From Iphione sp. A-MEVVRFRX5 (lineage: Eukaryota), in assembly GCA_976226885.1 (NCBI GenBank), contig OZ320313.1, positions 65,038,001-65,102,000 of the forward strand: a DNA stretch of 64,000 nucleotides. Reading direction: 5' to 3'. Under the pieces are notes generated by a model. The model was not told the origin of the DNA. It saw only the letters and a list, made by a program, of their open reading frames with translations, and searched no databases. This document shows positions 25,901 through 39,582 of this stretch, one piece after another. A program made the translations under genes and the position numbers. Position 1 is the first letter of the stretch; each line of letters opens with the position of its first letter.

Positions 25901-28900
25901 AGTTCAGGATAGCATTTGCTAGCATGATTGTCCGCGCCTGCTCCACTACACACTGCTAAATGTATCTTATAAGGATCGAATGGAAAGAGGTAAGGATAGA
26001 AGTGATGCAATAAATACGATATGTTTCGACACTTAGTGCAGAGAAAGAGGCTTCAAACTCTGTGAACGATATGGACGGTCTGTAGTGAACCAAGTGACAC
26101 CTAACAACAGACATTGAGTGCTTTCCGATGTAACGTATGAGGACAGCATCGTTATTTTGCATCCCTCGTAAACACAAAGCCTTTCGACAGAGTAATGTAT
26201 GTGGCGTTGATAGGGCTCGCACAGATTATATCAGAGGTACAAAAACTGTTTGGCAAAGCAAATTACTGGCGAGTTGTCCTATCTCATCCTTCTCTAAAGG
26301 TACCACATAGAGCTTGGTTTTACGACTGGAGACTGAGATTGATAGTAATCTCGTGTTAGCCATCAGTTTAAAAAGATGTTTACAGTATGTAGAAGAAATA
26401 GTTTACCAAAGTCTTCAAAGCTTGTAAGTTAACCCAAATTGATCACTCGAAATTACCGTAATATCTAACAACTTGTAGTTGTTGTGATTTTTTGACTGTC
26501 TGAGCACAACGCAGAGACCCATAATTAAACACATATTGACGGAGGTACGTGTCCCGCCGATAATACGCAGTCTAGGAGGCTTACCTGACGCAGAACCTGC
26601 GATTCCTACCAGATTTAACATACCGGCACGCTGTTACCAGTACCCCCTTGTCAGTCATTAAGCAGGGAAGGAGGGAGCTCTATTTGATGAGTCCCAGGTC
26701 CAAAGGGAGCTATACAGCATGGAAGCTGTCGAATACATCATCACTTGAGGATACTATTTCTGATCCGTAGCGTCCCAGGAAGGAAATTGACGTTAGGAGA
26801 CCTCAGAGATACATCATTTATAACGTTCTCTAATAAAGGAAACACATAGTCCTCCAAACCACTCGTTTCTATTTCTCATTGTCAGAAAGGGAAGTATATA
26901 TTTCCCCTGATAACGGTGCCGTTATATTTTGTCCGCGACCACTAAAATCTTCAGATCTGTGCACGGTATTGATTTCCACCCCACATCGTTCACATTTCTT
27001 TAATAATCTTGTCGCCTTATAAAAATATTTCTTCTTTATTAAAAGCGGCAGTTTGCAAATAGTTTCAGCATTTTGTCTCACGTAGGCATCGCAAATGACG
27101 CGTCATAGAAATGTGGGAGTGGCATCTGCCATGCTGGCCTGGCTGGGGTGTCTGCACCAGAGAAGGCTCTATTTAAAGAGTCCGGACCATTCCTTTCGAC
27201 TCCTCAGGGTAATTCAGCCTGGCTAAGGCTGCTTTTGCGTTGGTCTGGCGGTGCCCACAGGGACATGTTCTGGCGATTGCCATACTGAGAGATATGAACG
27301 GAAGGTTGGAGGTAGAGAACACCACGCCACCAGAGGTCAGGAAAGACGCTCCTCGCTGGTCATAGGGGTGGTCAGCCATGCTTGACCCTTTGACCTCTGT
27401 CCCCAGAGATTACGTCTTCAAGCAAAAGACGTGACTGGCGCAGAATATCTTGACTTCCAAAGAAAGTACTCTAATTCTATCCTAGCTGTTCTTGTCAGTT
27501 ATTTTCACTGTTCTCTGGAGCCATATCCATACTCTGTCAGATATTGAGGTGCAACTTTGCTGATGTATCAGTTTACACGTAACAGGACCTTGGTAAACAC
27601 TCCATAGAATCATCTAGAGGCAGTCATATTCTAGAAGTGAACCACGTAGCGAGGATAAAATGCGCATACCGATATACATAAAGGTTTTTATTTCTAGCAG
27701 GCTTTGCCAAAAGTTATTACCGACTATTGAGTTCCAGCATATACATGTATTATTGATAGCGTCCTATTCAGATATGTTGTTTTTTTTGCTCAGACGTTTT
27801 CACTGTAATAGAGAAAACACTTAAAGATGCTGCAGCAGCACAGCTAAGTATGCTGCAGATCACGAAATGCCAGCCGAGATAAGTCACGGAAAGTACTGAC
27901 AAAGAGGATATGGACGGTTAGCGGTGCTGAAGATAGGCGCTGTCTATCCTTCTGTTGTTTCGGTTAAATCACATTCATATTTGGCGCCTGTAGGATCGTT
28001 TTATACGGATGGATGAGGCTTAACTGCAGCCTGAACCCAATATTAGTTGTATAGCCAGATATTCAATGGAGACCACAGATGCTCCTCTTGAACGATTCCC
28101 ACCAGTGAAATACTGTACAGAATAATACCTTGTCGTTTTATCGGGAAATACGGTTCCAAGGGCCGTTTTCGAAAAGGAGATATGCTAATAAGCTGTTTCT
28201 TAGAAAGTAGCTCCAAGTAGGATAGTGACTGGCATTGTAGCTACTAGCATTAGATAAGCGAGTGAGGTGGGGATGGAACATTTGATGTTGATTTAGGCCT
28301 GGCCGCTTCCCCCCATATATCAGTAATGACAATCTGCCCATAAAGCAAAAAATATTGTTGTCCCTCGGTTCCTCCGCAACTTCTCGCATCCATCATTGAG
28401 TTGACCTTTTCATATCACTGCACCTTTTCTTCTTTGATGAAATATTTTACTTCCTCCTTATGTCCATTCTGATTTTCCTTATTTTCCCAATAAATATAAG
28501 AAAGGGGGATAGAAGAGTGTCAATCTGCCTTTTCGTCCGTCAGGTGTTTCTTCTTCACCTGTACATGGTTAGGTTTCCCCTTTCCGTCTTTATGCCTCTT
28601 TTACCTCGTTGGGGTGTCTCCCTCTGCTTGTTACCTTTTGTCGCATATCCTACCCGGGGCCCCCGTTGCTGCTCAACACATCTAGAAGTCTGTCCGGCGC
28701 GGACATTTAAGGGATTGCTATTAGGGCTGTGGCCGTTAGTCTGGTGCTCTCCAAGTGAAAAGGGAGTAGCAGTACATCCATGAGGATCCTAGCCATCGGC
28801 AGAGGCATCAGAGCTGCCTTATACTGCACCCCACCCCCCCGCGCTCTGTCTGTCCCACCCTTTCTCCCCCATAGCTGGTCCGCTATAAGCTGGGAAGATG

Positions 28901-31900
28901 CCGGGTTTCTGGGCCTGGCAAAGGTCAGATTGTAGATCACTTGGGAGAATACCATTGTGCAAGGCTCCCTGAACCAGCACCGGCGTTATGAGCTTTAGCT
29001 GTGCAAGTGCCTCTAGGCCGAAGCTATGAATAGTCCCTGGAGAATACATAAGGAGAACTTGGCGCATGAACAGCAGTGTTAAGAACATCACTATTTGTCG
29101 TCTTAATCATTCCAGGGATGTCTCTACTGTAATATTAACCCTTGCCCTGGGCCTCTTCGGTTGGGTTACACTTGGGAGAACCGCCAGGAAATAGCGGGTT
29201 GGTGGGATCAGAGCGTCAATAAGTACCAACACAAAGAGTTCCAGAGACATGCTTTGTCGAAGCCACTATCTTCATTCGTAATTTTTTTCTGTCGTGTTTC
29301 TGCCTCAGTCTTGGCACAGACCATATCCATACGTGCTTTGTTCCATACTGGACTCATCAATTTCCCTCTCATATATGCCTTTTACATATTCTATTTATAC
29401 CCTGTGTCCAGGCAGAAGGGTAGCAAGGAAAAAAATGGACCCTAACTTGGGATTGCTCCGGCGCCTACAGAACTGTGATAAAATGTGGAATACTACTTTC
29501 ATTTTCTTGAAAACAATATTTTATCCTTGCCCCCGTGTTTTTCTTGGTGCGGAAGCTGTTCTTCCTGCCTGCCTGCCTTTCTATACGTATCTCTGTCTCT
29601 CTTTTGTCCCTGTCTCTCTCATGTACATCGATATCTAGCAGCATGCAAAATCGCTTTCTCTGTTTCTTGTAGATGTGATGTTTATAGTAGCGATGCAATA
29701 CATAAAAAGGTAGAAGCAGTACTTTTGTTTATCATCAGTGTTACCTACCCTTATAACGTGAGGGGCTGTTTAGGCGGCATCCCGGTACGTTTATTGATAA
29801 CCAGTGCACGATACAAGCAATCGGTCGGTAACGAACAGAAGCCCCCCCCCCTCCGGTCCACAACATCCCTTTGATGCACGGCGCAGAGACAAAGGTCTAT
29901 ACATCGCCTTCCACTGGAGATCAATGATTGATGAACTGATGCGGCCGCGTTGTCAGGTGCGCTCCTCCTCTATGGTGTTTTTATTCATACCATAGTTTCT
30001 GTGTTATATTAAGGGTGTATAAATATTAGATGCTCTCGTTTCGCCCTTAAAGGGCTGTCCCCCATCACCTGCACCTACTTCGCTCAACCAACTGATAATG
30101 GGAAATGAAGAAACATATTAGGAGCTAAACACATGTATGCAGGCCTGAGGCGGTGCTGATTAAATAAAAACGAAAGGAAACCAACATAAATAAGGACCGC
30201 CCTGCTATACTCATTGTTAGAGGAGAGAAAATGAAATAAAGCCATAGATACAGAGGAGTATGGTTACAGTTAGATGTAATTCTACACTTGGCAGGCCTTG
30301 AAAGCTAACAAAAAGGGAATGTACGCAGATTATCACATAACAGTGTAACAGTGACCTTCAGAAAGGGGTTCTAAAAATAAAAGACATCGGGGCTTTTGGC
30401 ATTTAAACCAACCCGCTCCCATGCCACCTCCCAACTCGTTATTATTCCAAGAGCTTTATATGGCAATCTGACTTTTCCTTGAGCAGTGAGCAAGTGGCAA
30501 CACACAGGGGTCGATAAACTGCTATTCCTGAGCTGTAAGAACGGTGAACAGACTCCAGACCTCGTCGTCACTGAAGAGAGCCATTTTCCTATTAGTGAGT
30601 TTGTATAGATTTTTCTCGTGTTAGAGTTGCAGTTATCACAAGTAACACAGACTTGAAATAACCTTTCATCCAGAATATGTACTTTATGTGTACATGTCAG
30701 TTGCAGATGCACAGTGTATAATCTGTTATTCTTTCAGATGGAATCATACAATTGCCCAGTCATAGCGCGTAGTGACGTCAGCTATAACCAGGTTTCATTT
30801 TACTAAGTGTACTGGTGTCGGTCTCTATGACATGAGATGTAACATTCCATTAAGTACGGGTTCATTAGCACTTTGACTAATGGGTTTCATGCCCGTATGG
30901 ATCAGAAGGCTGCGAGCGTAACAAACTAACAACCGATCAATAGGAGCAGTGGGATGAGGGCAGGGTGTGTTAGAGGTGGAGGTGTGGAAGAGTGGGGTCG
31001 GTAAGGGCTGCACGGGGTCTGGTTACCAGCTATTAGCTACATTAAATAGAGCGGCGCCTGAGTGGCGCCTGGAGGCCGGGAGATGAGCCGTGACCGGCGG
31101 GCAGCCTGGTAACCAAGTGGGGTACAGCCTCGGGATGGCGGGAGAAAGGCATGCATGGTTGTCAAGGCTGCCTGGTAATGCGCTCTTCCCCCTCTACTCT
31201 CAGGTTATGTTGGTGTCCGCGATGTTTCCAGACCAAAAAAAGCTCAGTCCGAATCAATCTGGTGAGACCGTGACATGCGATATTGATTAGAGTAGCAAGA
31301 TAACAATGTGGCGAAGATGGTTTCCAAAATCTCTACCTTTCCGGTACAAGCTGGATTTTGTCCTGAATAGGTATACATGTAGCATTTAGCCGAAAGAAAA
31401 TGAGTTTTTGTAATTACAGACTAGAATTAGTTGTTTACATATACATGAACATGCATGTTGAATATATATATATATAAATATCACATATATTTACTTTATA
31501 TTTCCTCACGATATATGTCCTCCACCTAGTCCTGTCATGCACTGATGACTGGACAAATATTTGATAGTTGTCATATTGTTGGCGCTGTCATACCTCATTA
31601 CCAGTACCGTCTGTATGTGTGGAGTTGGCGATCTTAATGTGAACCCGTCGCGGAATACTCTTTAGGCTCATATTAGATTTTGTCATATCTACAGTGAAAT
31701 GTGTTCATTTCAATTGGGATTGTATGATCATACTTATAATGCGCACATTATGTATGAAATATTTAGATCGGTACACAGTGCACCATCCCTAGAATGGATC
31801 CTCATACTAGACTTAGCCTCAAATCGATACCTACTTGTTGTAATCAGATTTATGGGCTGGATTTGAATCGAATTTCCTGTATGACGGTGCCCTCAATTTG

Positions 31901-34900
31901 CTGCTCGTACGACTGAATATATGCCGGGAGCCTGTATGAATCGTTGATCTGTCGCAGCAGGCACGATATACTCAGGGAACGAGGCGGGCCTTCTTAGGGA
32001 TAATACTTCACCATCCATCACAGTACGTCCCCCAGTTAAAGTGAGAATGAATTCATCAGAGAGCCATACGCGCTGTATTGTAGATTCCAAGCAGTAGTCA
32101 CTGGTATTTCATTTCGTGAATCTCCTGGTTAATAGCTCAAGTTGGCACCAGCACTGTTAGCATTGTTTGCTTCCTCGTGTATCGTCCGCAGTCGTCTCGT
32201 AAAATAACCATGTTTTATTCATTAAACTTCTAATCTTTAATTTATGGAAGGAGTACTTTCAGCCTCAAGTATCTCAGGATTGAATAATTTAAACTGTGTT
32301 TGATTAATTTGACTTCAGCTAATTTGCATATTTTGGATTAATTAGTGTCGCTACCACCCTGTTCTACTGTTCTTGGTTTTAAAAACTGTAAATCACGTCA
32401 TCATATGAACTGCCCTGCCTTTTCTATCGAAAAGAGGGAGTAAATGGAATGACGGAGAAACAAGGCCATGCAATTGCCATATGGTCCATGAGAAGAAAAC
32501 CTAGCTGTCGCAGCTCTGTGAACCTAGGAAACATCATCCTTGAGAGACGAGAAAACTTTACGCCTAGCAACCTCATGTGCTGATTGTAAGTGTGTTATAA
32601 CCACTTTGTGATTAGCCCCAGGGCCATCTCACTCTCAAAGATGCTGTCTTGAAAGACTAGCCTTCTTAATTTGTAGCGTCCTAGTATTCAACACTTCCGG
32701 CTGCTAGAAGCCGCCCCTCCCCCCTTGTAGTCGTACATGGCACTCTATACATATGTGTATATATACACAGGGCCAGATGATCATAAGCAAACAACAAACA
32801 ACCACGTGGTGTGGGCATGGCTAGATTCACAGGCAGTTCATTAGACAATCTTACAAATATGGCCCTTGAAGCGTATTCGATCCCCCAGAGCGTTCGAAGC
32901 ACGCGCTTTGTTCTGTGTGGGTGTGATGTAATCAGCAATTAACGTCAGCTCAGAGGTCCCTGCTCGTAAATTGTTCAATGAATCGCTAGCGGTTGTCTCC
33001 AACGGATCGTCAGGGGATTTCCCAGTCTTTGGTCCTTACACAACTGGTGATCGTTCTCCCAAGCTCTCCGAGGGAGGTCTTACATGCTCCTGTAAGGGAT
33101 GTGACCGGTCGGCTCCTGATATGGGTTCCAGGGTGTGGACTGGAGGAGAACGCTCTCTCAGCCAGTGTATTAGAGGCTGTGATGTACCGACAACTTGAGG
33201 AGGCAGCTGACGTAAATTTAATGCTTATATTAATTACCTGATCGCCATGTATCTGCAAAGCACTGGACATCGTCTAGTAATAGAGTGTAATTAACCAAGA
33301 CTGTGTCTTCCCAAGCCAAAACCAACCACTTCTAGTGGTCAAATTTTAATGAAATATATATCAAATAAAAGCTAATGACCTAGGAAAAAATTAACCATAG
33401 CGTGGCTTTCTAAGACCATTAATAAGGATTCTGTGGGCATGTGAATTTTTGCCGCAGACTCGCAGTAGAAATACCGGGAGTCCGTGTATTGATGTAAACA
33501 CCATCAGTTGCGATGTCCAGTGCTTCGCGGGCACATGGCGATCAGTCAGTTGGCAGTATTGGGTGGTGGTCATGCGGCAGCTTTATACTTATATACCCCA
33601 AGTTACCTCGGCGGTGTCTATTGTGTCGGATTGATGACCTGTGTAACTGCCTACTGAATGGATGTGAAGTAGGAGCTTGCGTCCTAACCGGTAAACAGGT
33701 GGCGGTTATTTCTTTGGTGGTTATTTAATTTTTTTAGCACAAGAGGAGGATGACCATAATGGAAAATAACGGGCTTGTTGTGCCTGATGGCCGAAATGGC
33801 AATAGAATTAGACCAAGTCGTTTGGAGAACTGACAGTCACATAGAATAGTAACCTGATGTCTAACATTAGGCTGTGGCTGTGCTGTATGAGGAGTTAGTG
33901 CGAGTGGACAGGATAGTTGATAGGTATTGTTTTGTGGTGTTTGTCGCCTAGAATAATGTTAAAGTTTAAGACATTCTCTCATGTATGCTTGTTCTTTCAA
34001 GAAGAGACGTCCATAAAAGGATTAGGTTTCAGCGATAAAATATGTTTTATTCAGGATTTCCTGTCTTTTAATTATGCCTAGTAGCATATGACAAGGTCAA
34101 CAGAGCAGGTTCCAATCTCAAAATGAAGAGGCATGACCATAGCTTGCAATGAGCACAATATAGTAATTTAACGAGGAATTGTGAATTAAGCTTTCATCCA
34201 GCACTGGACTGGATGAATTTAACAAAGGATATCTTGTGGCCAGTGGACTCAGGTAGTGGACAGTATCACAGTCAAGTCGTCAGGCCCTTGGTGCAGATCG
34301 AGCACAGTATCAACTAAGATGTATGGGGTAGTTCTGATTTTAGTGTAGAGAACGGCTACGGCGAATTCCTTTACCAACAAGATCACCAAGTGCAGAGCGT
34401 CTTTGTTAGATATGGCAAAGTTGCCTATCCTACGTACCTCACGTCTGATAAAGCATTAAATATATTGGAAAATTCAGTCATTGCAGACAGCGTGAGAACT
34501 TTAGGCAGGATTGCACAAAAAAAAACCCAAAAGAAAAAGATATACATGCTTCTCAAAGGGTTCAAGAAACTAGAAACTACTTACCAAGACATGCCCTACA
34601 TCTCAGATGGACCCATCTATGTACCCATCCGCTTAATTTCACGACGCCCTGCTTAACACAGTCTGCTTCAAAAAACAATTCTTCGTGAACCAAGAGACGC
34701 GTGCTGTGACAGAGTGCTAGAAGCAGCTGACTGCTGGTGTTGTTGGAGAATGCTTTTAGGGGTCGGGTAAGTGTGGGAAGGATTGCTTCCTTCTGCTTCT
34801 GCGGCTGCTCGTGTTGTTGTTGCCGTTCTAGGAGCCTACCACTGTCTTCTTTTGAGCCATCCATCAGGCCAGTCGACCTCACGTCGGGCCGATCCGCCAG

Positions 34901-36818
34901 CTTGTCTCTGAACATCCCGCCTTGATTGAACGCCTAACAAGGGCCAACGTGACAAGCGAAAAAAAACGCGCCCTTCTGCGTCTCCTCCAACGCTAACATT
35001 TATCAGGCTTTTGTCTAGTGGGCCAGCTCTAGAGCCATAGTATAGAACCCCCCCAAGGGGATGGTGTCAATATGCTGGCATATCACACCTCATTCCTGTA
35101 CCGCTTACAGCTAGACTGCTCTCAATAAATCCTTCACACTGGAGTGTGTCTCACGTTGTGCTTCAGCATTGCTGCGGCATAAGCTGGATGCAAATACACT
35201 GAAGTAGCAATTCACAGATTTAGAAAACTTCCTCTTGCCTGTTGTCGACTTATTCATCTCATCTCAATCCCTAGCATATCATCCTCATCTAACACGATCA
35301 CCCCCACCACTATTCCCATGACTTGACTGTTGGTAACGTCAGACAATACCAATCGTATGCAACATTTTGTATTTAACTAATGACGATGGATCTGGATATG
35401 TAAAGCCAAGGGCCTATTTCCCTTCCAGAGTACATAAATCTTTAAAAAAAAATTGGATCCTGTAATCTAACAACAGGAATTTTTTTTAACAGATGTAAAA
35501 AGTTTAAAATGTTTAAAAAGTTTACCTGCACACAAGTTATTTGTAAGTACTAAAACCTTGACTTACCTTTCCTATTAAGATAATGCGCAGGCATTGAGTA
35601 GTGAAAGATTATGACGTGAGACTGTCTCAGATGAGGATAGATGCTGTTCCAGTTGGAAATAATAAAATCCACTCAGAAATATCTGGTTCACTCTAGGTGC
35701 AGAACTCCGCTGGATGTAACTCTCTCTATGCACAGTGAGAGAATGTCTCCTTATTTCGTGAAAAGATGCCCTTATGCACAAACTTGGCTTTAAAGATGGA
35801 CTCAATTATATGAAACGTTGCATATCAGATCTATTCATAACAAAGGTTATTTAAGACCCCTGACTATCTTTAGAAACTCCGAGACAGAAAATAGCAATTC
35901 CTCCTCCGAAGCTGCTTCAGAGCAGGTATTGGAATCGGTGTTGGAATTACTCCGAGATGCAATATGTTTCAGTCATTTCCTGCCACTACCACATGTTCCA
36001 AGTGAGAGACCTCCGAATGGGCAAAACCTAGGGCTGCTATGTACAATAGGATGTGTGTTTCACTGTCCTGTTTTGTTCCATCTTGAGAACCTCCGATAAA
36101 TGAATGATATATCATGATTTGCCGGACGTTCTAGATACATAGCGCCAAGGATTACTTTCCTCCCACACCACCAGGTTTTGCAGACAGTTATTCCTCTACT
36201 GGTTGGCAGGTGCGACACATGTAAAGCTACCCACTATCGACAACAAATTGTTAAATATAACTCCTATTTTGGTTACATGTTATAGACTGGGTCTAAAACG
36301 AATCACACTAACTCAGTTACATCACATATGCTGTTAGACAATAATTACTGTATTAGTTGTCAAAGTGATCGATGGTAATCCTTCGCTCTGGGCAGGTCGA
36401 TGTATATGTGCTACTCACGAAAAGGGAGTTTGTAGCTGGCTCTAAACACCAGCACCCAGTTGTATTTTCTGATCGTTGGGGGGTGTATAATCAGAAGCAC
36501 ATGGCTGCAAGAGTCAGGGCAGAAAGGGGGTGGGAGGTGTAGCTCCAGCCACTGCCCAGCAGGGACATGCGCAATGGACCATTCCCCGTGAGGATAACTG
36601 ATTGGCGTGCCTTTTTACCATGGTCCTAGTAGCACACCCGGGAGAAAGTCATACAGAGACTCACGCATTCACATGATAGCACGCATCGAAACCCGCACCT
36701 AAACATATACACAGACAGGTGGATGCGCCTATTGTTCATATGTAGAAAACTACATGTACGGAAAGATGGAGGAAACTACAGATATTTTTCGTTGTGTCTG
36801 TATGTTTGTCGCAGTGTC

Positions 36819-36976
36819 NNNNNNNNNNNNNNNNNNNNNNNNNNNNNNNNNNNNNNNNNNNNNNNNNNNNNNNNNNNNNNNNNNNNNNNNNNNNNNNNNN
36901 NNNNNNNNNNNNNNNNNNNNNNNNNNNNNNNNNNNNNNNNNNNNNNNNNNNNNNNNNNNNNNNNNNNNNNNNNNNN
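36819..36976. other. Assembly gap (158 N)
   Basis: Run of N; ORFs spanning it are artefacts. Confidence 1.
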
Positions 36977-39427
36977 ACATCAACTTTTCTCTTCTGTCTT
37001 TCTCTTCCCATCTGTTTCTGCGTTTGTTCCTGCGAGTAGTGGCGTGTAACCCGATCCTGCTGATGGAGGACATTGTGAGAATCGGCCTAATGCATTTAGT
37101 GCTTACTTCGTTGGAAGGTCGATAGATATCCAGACGTCATTGTGTGCCCAACAAGAGGAGGGGAGTCACAGTTTGCGTGTAAAGGATGTCACTCTATGGG
37201 CTTTACAACAAGCACTAACAAGTCTATGCGTGATTTTATGTAAGAACCAAGTCTAACGATCTGGTATGTAGCTAATCTAAGGAAGCCTAAGTAAACGTGG
37301 CTAACGTCCTGCTGCTGTGATGCGACCGTGAACACTGGAGTTTTGGCATTCAAAACCTTCCAAATCTTCAAAAAAAGAACTAATTTAAGGAAGCCCCGCC
37401 TGTCATTATGACACACTTTCGTTTCACTATAAGCTAAATGGGTGAATTAACCTCAGCGCTACGTTTAGAAATGCACGGTGTCTAAGCAACATCTCAGCTT
37501 CAAAGAGGCCATTATAGCTACTGGCGGGAACTAATTTTAATGGACATCGTAATGTACAGGCATTAGGACCACGACGATGTGTAAACTTTCCATTCTCACT
37601 GGATTCGGCAGTTGTTTTTGCATTACGAACGGAGCAGTAGAAATAGGTAATAAAATGCTGTTATGGGCCGGAGCCGGCAAAAACTCATGTAATTTTCATG
37701 GAGCCTTCAGTGGCTGCTAGGCCAACCCTTTTCAGAATGCGGTAGGTGTATTAAGGGGCATCCTTTGTAGTGAAAACCTGCATTGTCGGTTGCCACCAAT
37801 GTGTGGGTGACTGTACTGTTAAGGTTGTCCGGACTGATTACATACAAATACTCAAGCTTTGTTACGAAATATGGCGGGAAGCCAATGCATTATGTACATA
37901 AATTGCTTTGGCACAGTTTTGGAGATCATTCTACCTTGGATGTGACTGCACCGAGCTTGGCCTTTCGCTAAATATATTTATGGTTGCCTTTATATAGTAT
38001 ACAATTGTATGGTTGGCGTACCGTCGCCAATGGTACCGCGAAAAGCTTGATAACGTTCCAGTATAGGATAGATCTGGACGACAGGCGTGTTGAAGAGTCT
38101 CAGGACGGGATTCAGTATAAATACGCCTTGCATGAACCCGTCGTGCACCATCACAATGGTTGAATAGTCTGACTTGGCTGTGCTGGAAAGTAAAGGGCTC
38201 AGATAGTGTGTTCACTATCGGTATGACTGCCATCGTTCGCCCCAGTAGGATCAAGCCCAACAGCTGCAGGCATTGATCATTTCGAGCGAGATAACAGTGG
38301 CTGAACGAGTTGAAGTATGGCGTGCAGTGGCAGTTCACTGTTGGACAGGGTCGTCACTGCGCCGACTGGTCTTCTATTTTCAACCCGCTGTACTGACCAA
38401 ATAGTGGTCATTCAGCCGGCAGAAGCAAACAGCTTTCGATCCACTGGTTCTGACTTGTGTACACACAATTATAAAGCAGGGCGAAGCAGTTGGACACTTC
38501 ATTTTTTTTTCTGGAGGGCGAGGCTTAATGAAGTGGATGTCAAATTTTAACCAATCGAATCTGGTTGTCATACGTGTCATTGTAATGGACCCAGAACTGA
38601 CTGCATGGACTTAGATGAACATGCATGTCCTACTGCGGTGGTGGAAAGTGATTGATTGATCCTAGAGAGAAGCGTGTGGGGCCAGCCAAACTCGGCTATC
38701 TTAAGAATCTCCCCCTTGCATGTTACGGACCAGCCTCCTCAACCTTGAGTGCAATCCTAGCCCCCAAGACACAGCCTTCTCTCACTGTAGTGTACTAGCT
38801 CATTGCTCGGTGTCTCCCTATGGGTACTTTTACATTGGCTACGGAAGGCGAGGTGGCAAGAGGTGCCTCACAGAATGATGCCTTTTGGGAGAACACGCCT
38901 TTTTTAAGTTTATGGCTCCAAGCATGGAAAAGGTCCGTCATCACATTGTGTATTTCATATCTGAATTAAATAACCAGATAGTAATATTGTCCATATCAAC
39001 GAGCATAATTATATTACAGGCACTCTAAAAACCGTAAAGTATGATATTTTCAGAATGATAACAACGCAGCGCAGACTTATAATAATAACGATTATTTCCT
39101 CAGGTAAATCAGTATTCCAGAGCTGACTTACAGAAGTAGTATCATGCACTACAATAAAATTTAGTGAGCTATGTTTCTTTGGAAATTGACTTGTCTGTTA
39201 CTTTATGATAAACAACAATATGCCTTTAAAAGTACGTCTGCCTTTAACCTAGCTCGACTATATAAACGTCCCATTAGCAATGTAAGAAGCACGCTCTGTG
39301 CCCTTGGGGAATATCGGAACGTACACCGGACTGCACTTGTCATCTGATCTCATGAAGTGTGGACCACAACCACGTTGTCGGCCAACTCCCCTCTCCACAC
39401 CGGCCCTCCACACTTGGCCGCCCTCTC

Positions 39428-39582
39428 ACGCCCTCTAGTGACGTAGCAGTCTGGATGACTGATGGACCTGGCGCGCTTCCTGCAGTCATTGCCAGGGGGC
39501 AGCAGTTCGCCACCAGGGGTCGCTACTATGCGTCTCGTCCACCCGTCGGCCACACCGTACTGTTCCTGCCTCCAGGGGGCGG
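39428..39582. promoter_or_regulatory. Cluster of four CTCF-like motifs in a GC-rich intronic island
   Basis: Against core CCASYAGRKGGCRS: minus TCACTAGAGGGCGT (39428-39441, 12/14); plus TTGCCAGGGGGCAG (39489-39502, 11/14), CCACCAGGGGTCGC (39510-39523, 13/14), CCTCCAGGGGGCGG (39569-39582, 13/14). Confidence 0.5.

Noticed and set aside
30738-30791. In-frame 54-nt cassette exon candidate (MESYNCPVIARSDVSYNQ)
   Set aside because: Weak donor (GTTTCA), no homology, and such pseudo-exons are expected by chance in 46 kb.
36723-37125. ORFs spanning the first N gap (and 60006-60440 over the second)
   Set aside because: Artefacts of N runs.
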